Shown here: positions 53,889 through 64,000 of the stretch, piece after piece | Numbering within the stretch: position 1 is the first letter of the stretch | Layout of the letters: each line of letters opens with the position of its first letter | NCBI GenBank assembly: GCA_013239625.1 | Contig: MU053520.1 | Location: forward strand, 1,145,103-1,209,102 | Direction of reading: 5' to 3' | Source: Lama guanicoe | Lineage: Eukaryota | DNA length: 64,000 nucleotides | The notes under the pieces: generated by a model | Databases searched by the model: none | What the model was told of the DNA's origin: nothing | Seen by the model: only the letters and a program-made list of their open reading frames with translations | Made by a program: the position numbers and the translations under genes

Positions 53889-56254
53889 AAAGTTGTACAA
53901 ACAAGTTTCACACATTCTGACAGATCAAAAAAAAATAGCAGCTATGTCATCCAGGGGAATGCATTGAAACATAATTAATCAATGTTTGTAAATTGCTTTG
54001 AGATTCTGAGTGAGTATGCACATATGAACAGTTGTATCATCATTTTTCTTATCTAGTGATGTGTATGAGATTACAGTTTGGTAAGTAGCAGAGGGGAGGC
54101 AACTGCCCAGATTAAGTTTAAGAAGGATGACTTTATATCAGGAAAATAGCAAATTTCTATTAAATTTTATTAAGATTGCTTCATTATATCAAGCAATAAA
54201 AGTTACAAATAATTAAACAATAAAACAGGTCTAGGCATGTGTGATTTGAAGTCTTTAATGCATGCCTCAGGCGTGTGATAAGTCATAATGATAGAATCAA
54301 ATTGACTTTAATCAAGAAGGCTGCATTAATGACTTAGTAATTCATACCCTGTTGTCTATTTATTGCTATAACAACACCAACATTTTCACAAGTTCAAAGA
54401 TCTGCTTTTTCTGTATGTGCCACACATACACACACACACGCACAAATCCAAAATTCTCATTAAGCACAGATGTCCTCATCCCAAAACCAGAGTTTAATAT
54501 TAATTGCAAAATCCTGAAGGTCCTTTAGCTCTAAATGTCACATTTTAGGGTACAAAGCAAGATGAGAACATAGCAATTCTTTCCACTTTACATCTTGTTA
54601 GATTATTCCTGTGATACAGTTAAACAGACCATGAAGTGGGCTCTCTCAAAACCAAATTTCAATAGATTGAAATCTATAGAAATTTGCAGACATTTACTCT
54701 CCCTACCTCATAAATAGAACACCTCAAAACAGTTCATTTTAAAAATTGCAGATTAGTGCCTTAAAGAGAGATACTTTGACTGTATTAAAAAATTCCAAAT
54801 GACTCTCTTTTGAGCATGAGCTTGTCATCAGAATTTGTCTCAGGGCTCTGCAGGTACCAAAACACTGTACGGTTTCATGGTATCTGGCAAGCCACAACAA
54901 CAACAAAAAAGACTAGGTCTGGTTAGTACTTATATTCTAGTAAAACATTCTACAGAAAACTAATAAAATTCTAACATTCTGTTTCTGTGAGGCCCAGGGA
55001 TCGCAAGTTGTGCCGCTCGGTAAGACAGCACTCATACTGTATTCTGTTTGAATGTTGCTCAAGACCCAACTGCCTGCCTAGGCATCTCCAGGGTGAGTCT
55101 GATATGATTATGACTATTTCATCGCAGGATTCTAGCAATGAAGGCAACTCATTCATTTCGTGACTTTATTCTCTTTTGGCTGTCCCTGAGGTCTTGAAGG
55201 ATGTCACTATTTCTTACGGTTTCTTGATTTAGAGCACAATAGACTATGGCAACCCCTTGGATTATATGCCAAAAAAGCATTATCAATCACTTTCCATTTA
55301 AAGCCCTCTTCTTCCTCTGTTCCAAAGAAAATTGCTAGACATGGTGAGCATTACCAAGTGGATCATATTCCTCTTTTTTCCCATGCCATGCCTGGATTCA
55401 AGACTCTGATGGTTCTCCAAGACATGATGATGAAGTCCAGGCTGAGTAGTTTAGCATTTAGCCTGACCTCAGTTTATTTTTCCAATATCACTTCCCACCA
55501 ACATACTCACTACCTCCCAGGCCAGTAAGCTCCAGACACAAGAGACTACTCCACAATTTTCAGAAAGGTCATGCAGTTTGATGTCACCATTTACAATATT
55601 CTCAGGGCTTAATAACACCCCACTTTTTTTTTTCTCTTGGGAAAATTATATTAATTCTTCTAAATTGTTTTTTTTTCCCAGTGACACATTGACTTGCCCA
55701 ATAAGATGTATTTTATTCATCCAACAAAATTTATAAGATGCCTCTTCTCTGTTGGGCATTAAAAGCTAGAAACTCAACTGTGAAGTGATTCCCTGATCTC
55801 AACAAGATTAGGACGTTTAACAAGCAGGTAATCACAATGCAGAAGACTAACTGCTGTAACAGAGAGAAGCCTTCAGTGCTATGATAACATTAAACCCTTG
55901 GGGCACCTAACCCAATTCTGGTGACTCAAGAAACACTTCCAGTGCAATTAGCCAAACAGAAACATGAAGGATAAGCAGGAGTTAAATGGGTAGAGAGTTG
56001 AGAATCTCATTTCCATTAAAAGATCAGGCTTTCCCCAGAATATAAAAGAGTACTTCAAAATGTATAAAGCTTTCATATACATCATCTATTTTAATTCTTA
56101 CAACTCTGAATTAAGTACATATTATTATTTCCAGTTTACAGAGGAGAAAATTAAGACAGCCTGAGAGAGGGAAGTTCAAATAGGTTTAATCGCCATTTTG
56201 TCCCATGGTGATGTTGGATCATGGTTTTGGTCATCATTTACCTGGTGAACAAAA

Positions 56255-57140
56255 GTCCAGTCAGGAGATAGAAATTACACAGTAATTTGAACAGAAAAAG
56301 TATAATATAAAGAATCAGTAAATGTAACAAAGGAGCAACTATAAAAACACACTGATAATACTTAAGAATGCCTTATGGCTGAAAAAGAGTACCCCCAGAA
56401 AAGGACCACGTGGAAGGAGGACCCCTTTCCAAGCCTGGGAGTCGGACTTTGTTGGAGAAGATGTTGTTGTAGCCCACTGGATGGCACAGAAGTTTGCGTC
56501 TTCCACAAGCCACATTTGGTCCACAGCCACAGTACAAGCAGAAAAGAACTCTCCAAAACAAAACCAAACTGAGGCTGCCAGGGAGGCATGCAGAAAAAGT
56601 CAGGGGTGTGGAGTCTGCTCATGGGAGGGCAGCATATGGCCTGGGGTGCATGTCAGCATGGCTCTAAGAACAGTCCTCCAATAGTCAGATGGGTGGAGGG
56701 GGAACAGCAGCAAGGGGATCAGGGGGTTGGGAACCCATCTGATGGCAGGGCAGCATAGATCTTGGAGCATGAATTGAGAGTAAGCATGTCTTCGAGACTC
56801 TACAGTATGGAGAAATAGGAGAGAATATGTGCGCCTGATTTCTTCTCACTATCTGTTTCCCGTTGATCAAAGTTCCCTCCACAAAGAATCGCCTACATTA
56901 CTGACTTCTACCATCTGGCCATTTTGGAGGCCATGTGGGATGCCACATACCACACACAGCCTGCAGTGTAGTCTTCATCCCAATGTGGAAGCTGCAGGAG
57001 GATCCAGAAACCCTGGCCCGATGGAGGTCAGCACAGCTGTGCAGTAGGAGGCAAACAAGAGAGCCTGGTCCTCCCTGGACTAGAGGTTGGTCAGTCCCTG
57101 CAGGGTTCCACACAGTCCCCGTGGTAGGTAGAGTTGAAGG
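56255..57140. mobile_element. Probable ancient LTR (LTR78/79-like)
   Basis: GTCCAGTCAGGAGATAGAAA...TTTGAACAG start and GC-richer body; family and boundaries tentative. Confidence 0.35.
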
Positions 57141-57338
57141 AACCTGAGTAGGTGTACAGGTATCTATCATATCCTCAGGCTCTCCTTTTTCACCATTCCA
57201 TGGCTGATTCATCACCAACGAAAAGATTGCCACCAAATCTCAATTATAGGAGCCATTTTTTTTGTCTTTAAATTAAATTTGTATATTTTTACTTTCATAT
57301 AGTCTAAGCTTGTTTTGCAATTGAATTTTCAGTACAAT

Positions 57339-57398
<60 letters not shown>
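57339..57398. repeat. (TA)n(GA)n compound microsatellite
   Basis: Direct sequence inspection. Confidence 0.95.
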
Positions 57399-57399
<1 letters not shown>

Positions 57400-58209
57400 G
57401 TCTGCGAAGCCTCACTGTGGCCCACAAGGAGTGACAACAATAACTAAGCCAGAACTTGAACCCAGATGTTCTGGTTCTTTCTGTCATCTTTGGTGATAAG
57501 CTTGTATAATTTTCTTGAAGATAGATTTCTTTCCTGTCCTCCTCATTGGGCAGTTTTTCAATCAATCTCTTCACATCTCCCTACTCCCTGATTAAAGGAG
57601 TTTTGAGGACCCCCATGAGTGAAGGTAATTGCTGCCTTCTAAGATGTCACTATCAGAGCAAGAAGGATAACAAAGGAATCCCAAACCCAACTTTGAGTCC
57701 TAAGGATGTAAATAGGTGGTTATCTAAAGCTCTAGAAGTGGATAGATGAGTGTTGTAGGAAAAGAAACGGGCACCAAGCTGGAGAACATGAATTCAAGGA
57801 TGAGATCTTCCACATGTTAACTGTGTGGCCTTGGACAAATCATTTAACACCCCTGAATTTCATCCCCCGCTCTGGAAAAGCATAAAATAATACACATTTT
57901 TGAGAGTCTTCAGGAGAATTTAATCACAAATATTTGAAACTATCTGGTTCATATCAGACACAAAATGTTACTTCAAGTGCTCAGTGTTATGCAGTGTGAC
58001 ATCCTCTTTGTTTTTCTTTTTGCCCAGGTCTCATTCAAAAAAAAAAAATTATCTCAACACCAAGACATATTGTAACAGTTCCATCTAGCCTTATTTGATT
58101 ACATTTTTTATGTCCCTGAGTGTGTATTGAGAGTCTGTTTGTCTGGGTCTCTCATTATCAGAAGAGCCATGATGTACCTGAAAGAGTTAGAGATGAAGAA
58201 AATGGAACA

Positions 58210-59476
58210 TGTGCCTTTTGATCATTTGTATGTCTTCCTTGGAGAATTGCTTGTTTAGGTCTTTTGTCCATTTTTGGATTGGGTTGTTTATTTTTTTCTT
58301 ATTGAGTCATATGAGCTGCTTATATATTCTGGAGATCAAGCCTTTGTCGGTTTCACTTGCAAAAATTTTCTCCCATTCCGTAGGTTTTCTTCTTGTTTTA
58401 TTTCTGGTTTCCTTTGCTGTGCAGAAGCTTGTAAGTTTCATTAGGTCCCATTTGTTTATTCTTGCTTTTATTTCTTCTAGGAGAAAATTTTTGAAATGTA
58501 TGTCAGATAATGTTTTGCCTATGTTTTCCTCTAGGAGGTTTATTGTATCTTGTCTTATGTTTAAGTCTTTGATCCATTTTGAGTTTATTTTTGTGTATGG
58601 CATAAGGAAGTGTTCTAGCTTCATTGTTTTACATGCTGCTGTCCAGTTTTCCCAACACCATTTGCTGAAGAGACTGTCTTTATTCCATTGTATATTCTTG
58701 CCTCCTTTGTCGAAGATGAGTTGACCAAANNNNNNNNNNNNNNNNNNNNNNNNNNNNNNNNNNNNNNNNNNNNNNNNNNNNNNNNNNNNNNNNNNNNNNN
58801 NNNNNNNNNNNNNNNNNNNNNNNNNNNNNNNNNNNNNNNNNNNNNNNNNNNNNNNNNNNNNNNNNNNNNNNNNNNNNNNNNNNNNNNNNNNNNNNNNNNN
58901 NNNNNNNNNNNNNNNNNNNNNNNNNNNNNNNNNNNNNNNNNNNNNNNNNNNNNNNNNNNNNNNNNNNNNNNNNNNNNNGTGGTATATTTATACAATGGAA
59001 TACTACTCAGCCATAAAAACCGACAACATAATGCCATTTGCAGCAACATGGATGCTCCTGGAGAATGTCATTCTAAGTGAAGTAAGCCAGAAAGAGAAAG
59101 AAAAATACCATATGAGATCGCTCATATGTGGAATCTAAAAAACAAAAACAAAAACAAACAAACAAACAAACAAAAACAAAGCATAAATACAGGACAGAAA
59201 TAGACTCATAGACAGAGAATACAGACTTGTGGTTGCCAGGGGTGTGGAGGGTGGGAAGGGATAGACTGGGATTTCAAAACTGTAGAATAGATAAACAAGA
59301 TTATACTGTATAGCACAGGGAAATATACACAAAATGTTATGATAAGTCACAGAGAAAAAAATGTGACAAATGAGTGTGTATATGTCCATGAATGACTGAA
59401 AAATTGTGCTGAACACTGGAATTTGACACAACATTGTAAAATGATTATAAATCAATAAAAAATGTTAAAAGAAAAA
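58210..59476 (+). mobile_element. Young L1 with 5' inversion, junction inside an assembly gap
   Basis: 14-bp TSD AAGAAAATGGAACA (58196-58209 and 59477-59490). Antisense ORF2 58210-58729, sense ORF2 end plus 3' UTR 58979-59476. Confidence 0.92.
58730..58978. other. Assembly gap (249 N)
   Basis: Run of N. Confidence 1.
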
Positions 59477-60171
59477 AAGAAAATGGAACAACTGGAATGT
59501 AGGTTCTCCTGGTATCAAAACTTTTCACACCATGACGAGCTTTTATGAATGTTTTGTGCTGCCATATGACTCCAGATATGGTAAGTTACATCGTGCTAAC
59601 TTTTTTTCTTTAGAGACTGATTGGATCGTCCTGTCATTAAACACAGCCGAGCCCATGATAGCTCAAATGACAGGTCATTTATTAATGTGCAAAATAAATG
59701 TTCACTCAACCTGAAATGTGTGTGTGACACCACAGATGTGGAAGCTAGTGGGTAAGTGAGACATGGACACATTTGGGGTTCTCATTTTTAAGCTACTGAG
59801 ACTCCTTTCAGTGGAGATTATTGACTTATTGGTGAAAATGTGCTACTTCTTGACAGGAAAAATTAGACCAGGGAGAGGAGAGGAGAGGAATCAGCATGTA
59901 TTAATCACTGCATGGGGGAGCCCAGGCCAGGGAGCTCTTAGATATCACCCTCTAATGCCCAGAAAGGGCAGGAAGGGCATAGAATAGATTTGTAGCCAAA
60001 GGGAGGAGGGTCAAAAGATTTTATGAATTAACACTTGCACGTTTAATCTCCCGTCTACTTTATTCCATGCACCCTCCCACACCCCAGTCACTACATAGCA
60101 TTCCACGTTCTGCGTGGAACTGCAGCCTTCAACAAAAGAGAAAGGAGTGTTTATCACACTTTCCTTCCAAG

Positions 60172-60715
60172 TGTTACTCCAATATGTAAAGAGGAAAGAC
60201 CCCGGTTCTTGTCACACTCAAAAGACATAATAACAATCGGGAGGTGTAGTGTTGTGTAGCAAAAGATTTTAAAAGATTTATTTAGGAAAGGAAAAGTACA
60301 CCTCCAAGGACAGAAGGTGGGCTTATCCAAGGAAGGAAAAGCAGCCTTTTTTGTCTGCCCTTTCTTTTGTAACCTTGCTTAGAGGTGACCTTTTGGTTGA
60401 TTGATGGCTCTTATCCCTGGAGAACTTAGTCATGTTTCGTGAATGTCCTTACCCATAATGCACACAGAAAGTCCCATGGGGGAGCCTAAACTGCCATGTT
60501 AATTATAATACAATGAACATTGTGTCATGTCTGGCTAATTCCTTTCTGCTACTGTGCAATCATGACTGTCATGTCCTAACCAATTTCTTGCTGGCACTCA
60601 TTTAGAAGAAGTAAAGTTCCTTGACACTGGAGGCAGGCATAATGCCAACTTCCAGACCATCCCCCCTCTCCTCCATCTATCTGCCTGGTGCCCCCATTTA
60701 TCTAACTACCTAAGA
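60172..60715 (-). mobile_element. ERV1-type solo LTR (family A, copy 4)
   Basis: TGTTAC...CCTAAGA termini, perfect TSD CAAG (60168-60171 and 60716-60719). Confidence 0.87.
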
Positions 60716-60719
60716 CAAG

Positions 60720-60845
60720 ATTTCTTCCTTTCTTCCTTCCTTTCTTTTCTTTCTTTCTTTCTTTCTTCCTTTCTTTCTTTCTTTTTTCTTGCCTTCTTTA
60801 CTTCTTTTCTTCCTCCCTCTCTCCTTCCCTCTCTTTTTTCTTTTA
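60720..60845. repeat. TC-rich (TTTC/TTCC) simple repeat
   Basis: Direct sequence inspection. Confidence 0.95.
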
Positions 60846-62217
60846 CATTCCATTATATGCTTTAAGACAACTTCAGCTAAGCTACAATCTCCAACTATTC
60901 CAGATTCCTCACACCCCATCATCATAATGTCTTAAGTCCTTGATTTCGCCCATAAGCGAGCACAGACACATAAAAAAATGTGGTGTTTCACATTTTTATA
61001 TGTCATACAAAAGGAATAGGCACATCTCACCCTTCTGTTTCCTATCAAACCCCTCTTTGAGATGAAGAAAAATAAAATATGTGGACAAAGTTATTCTGCA
61101 TCATAAAGGATTTTAAATAGAAGCCAGAAGGGAGAATGGTTATTAAGTTTTAAGTAAAAGTAGCTCTTTACGTAGACTCCAATTCAGGATTTAGAGAGAA
61201 AAAGAAAGGATAGAGATTTCAGAATTTTCTGCCATTCCATTGCTGTTTGATTCAACTTTATTTTAGTCTTAGGCTCCATTTGAACTACAACTAGTCACCC
61301 ATGTTATTAATATTTATGTCTTAATTGATTCTCACTCACAGTATATGAAGTGGGTATTATCATAATTTATATGAGAAAATAGAGGTCTAAGGAGATTTTA
61401 GCCATAAAGCAAGTGGCAAAACCAATAATCAATTCTTGATCTGTCTTACTCCAAATCCTCTGTTCTTTCTGCCTCACACTACCTTATGGTAATAGATGCA
61501 GAGACATATAGGAAAGAATTATTCATTTCGTACTTCATGTATTTACTAAATTCAAGTGATACATAAACATTTCTTACACCAGATCCAAGAGTAATTATGT
61601 TTTGCAGTAATTATTTTTTGCAGAGAACTAAAACCATAACACCTGAGGGTCTAAACTTTAAGATGCCTGTTAGGATGAGACAGTAGATTATCTGATATTT
61701 AATAGGATATGGAAAAATTCACCCATAGCAGGACACTGTGGAAGTAAATAAGGGAATTCTTAAGAGAACTGTAATTTCCCTGTCATCACTGAGAAAGAGA
61801 GTCAATGAAGCAGTTCTGAAAACCCACAGTGGCAGATGATTGTCAGAGAGCAGAGACATCACCTTAGAAGGGATGGAGTAAAATGGTTAAGGTCAGTGTG
61901 CTATCAGAAAGTAATTAAAGTTTTGACCAGTAGGCCCTGGTATCTCTTGGTGAGTGTAACTCACATCAGATTTGTAGTATCTTGACAGCAGGTTCAAAAG
62001 CAAATGCTTCTCTAACCTTTGGCCGTCCATCTTTACTCAGCTGACTTGAACTAGTCAGGAGGTTTAATACCTGCCTAGAAAAAGCATTTTGTGGAGGCTT
62101 TTATTCATGTTGAAAAATAGAATTGGAATATCCAATCAATAAATATTCTTTTCATAGTCTCGGATACAATTGGTGAAGCAAACAAAAATTATTATCAGAA
62201 AGCTTTAGTCAGAATCT

Positions 62218-62690
62218 TGGTCGTTTGTTCTAGCTCTGTGAAGAATGTTGTGAGTATTCTGACAGGGGTTGCATTGGATCTGTGGATTGCTTTGGGTAGT
62301 GAGGCCCTTTTGATAGTGTTGATCCTTCCAATCCAAGAGCACAAGAAATTTTTCCATTTCTTTGTGTCATTTTGGTTTTCAGAGTATAGGTAACCACCTT
62401 GGTTAAGTTTATTTCTAGGCATTGTGTTGTTTCTGATGTAATGGAAATGTCTCTGTCGGTTATAAAATTCTGATTTTTGAAGTGAAAAAAAAAGTGAATG
62501 AAGGGCTGCAAATGGCAAAATATCCTTCTTTGTTATGGGTGAGTTGTATTCCATTCCATATATGTATATACTGCATTTTCATTATCTATTCAACTATTGA
62601 TGTGCACTTAGGATGCTTCCATATCTTGGCAATTATAAATAATATTACTCTTAATAGCAAGGTGTATGTATCTATTTGAATTAATTCTTA
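62218..62690 (-). mobile_element. Rearranged L1 ORF2 fragments
   Basis: Translation shows MEYNSPITKKDILPFAA and [14 protein letters not shown]...FFTELEQ. Confidence 0.75.
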
Positions 62691-62789
62691 TTTTGTGGTT
62701 GGCTTTATTCCTTTGATAACTATGTTAGTTTAAAAAGCTAAAGCTCTAAACGTTCTTAGAAACAATGAACAGTATGTATATATACATTA

Positions 62790-63335
62790 AAAAAATATAT
62801 GTGCAGTAAAACAAAAATGATCTATTAAGCCATGAAAGACATGGAAGAAACTTAAAAGACATATTACTAAATGAAAGAAACCAGTCTAAAAAGGCTACAA
62901 ACTGTACGATTCCAACCAAATGACATTCTGGGAAAGGCACAGCTACAAAAGTAATAAAAAGATTGTGGTTTCCAGGGGTTTAGGGAGATGGAGGGAGGGA
63001 GAAATAAATAGATGGAGCACAAGGGATTTTTTTTAGGGCAATGAAATTACTCTGCATGATACTATAGTGGCTACATGTCATTATGCATTTGTCAAAACCC
63101 ATAGAATGTACAACATCAAGAGTGAACCCTGATGTAAACTATGGACTTTGGCTGATAATAATGTGCCCATGTTGGTTCATCAATTGTACCAAATATACCA
63201 CATTGATGAAGGATGTTGAGGGTAGGGGAGTATACATGTGTGGGTGGGGAGGGCTGTGTGCGAACTCTGTATTTTCTGCTCAATCCTGTTGTGAACCTGA
63301 AACTGCTCTAAAAGAATAAAGTCTATTTAAAAACA
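62790..63335 (+). mobile_element. L1MC-like 3' end
   Basis: CATATTACTAAATGAAAGAA...AAACCCATAGAATGTACAAC...CTGCTCTAAAAGAATAAAGTC. Confidence 0.82.
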
Positions 63336-63480
63336 AATCTTCTTTCCACACATATTATCCTCTGTTTTAGGGCAGCTCTGTTAACACCCTCAAATACGCT
63401 TTTCCCCTATCCTGTAAAATCACTAAGCCTAATTCACAGGAGATCTGAAGCTCACTCATGGTAATTTATGCCTGATAGAT

Positions 63481-64000
63481 TGTATTTCATGTCTATTGCT
63501 GTGTAACAAGTTACCACCAACTTCACAGCTAGAAACAATACAGATTTATTATCTCACAGTTTCTGGGCATCAGGCTTAACTAGATCACTCTAATTAGGGT
63601 CTCATAAGGCTGCACACAGTGTGTTTGGCCAAGCTGCATTCTTGCCTGGGGAAGCCTCTGCTTCTAAGTTGTTGGTAGAATGCATTTGCTTGTAGCTACA
63701 GGATTAAGAGCCTCAGGCTTTTGCTGGGTGTTGGTCAGAGGCTGTCCTAGGCTCCTAGGCCACCTACTGTTTCTTGTCAGGTAGCCTTCTCCAACATGGC
63801 TGTTTACTTCAGCAGGCCAGAGAAGGGAGTCTCCAGAGCTTTTCAGGTAGCAAGATGGAGTCTTGTGTAAGGTAACGTGGTCATGGCAGTGACACCCCTC
63901 CATCCTTGCCACACTCTGTGGGTCAGGAGAAAATCATAGATCCCACTCACAGTCAGTGGAAAGGAATTACACAAAGGCTTGAACACTAGGAGGTGAAGGT
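63481..64000 (-). mobile_element. MLT1 (D/E-like) MaLR LTR running off the window end
   Basis: TATTGCTGTGTAACAAGTTACCAC...ATTTATTATCTCACAGTTTCTG. Confidence 0.82.

Noticed and set aside
56339..57236. Cluster of short ORFs on both strands
   Set aside because: GC-richer probable old LTR; no recognisable domain or exon structure.
58621..59080. ORFs spanning the X run
   Set aside because: Artefacts of the N gap.
1..64000. CRISPR arrays, operons or other prokaryote-type systems
   Set aside because: The sequence is mammalian; no regularly spaced repeat-spacer array or dense gene cluster is present.

Overview
Mammalian genomic DNA, most likely from a camelid (Camelus/Vicugna/Lama). The assignment rests on vic-1-like tRNA-derived SINEs and the LINE-1 3' UTR type, recognised from memory and not by database search. 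The window is AT-rich and dominated by transposable elements. I recognised no host protein-coding gene, so it is either intergenic or inside a large intron. The only long ORF (21261-23930, minus strand) is the RT and C-terminal part of a young 5'-truncated L1 ORF2. Other contents: two more young L1 insertions with 5' inversions, one also carrying a 140-bp 3' transduction; a near-full-length older L1 with two internal deletions; four related ERV1-type solo LTRs, each with its own 4-bp TSD; MLT1/MLT2 LTRs; MER DNA transposons; L1M/L2/MIR relics; microsatellites; and one 249-N assembly gap. I found no new biological system. The best observations concern retrotransposition mechanics, plus a few weak candidate regulatory or exon elements. 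Repeat family names are pattern recognition and should be confirmed with RepeatMasker/Dfam.
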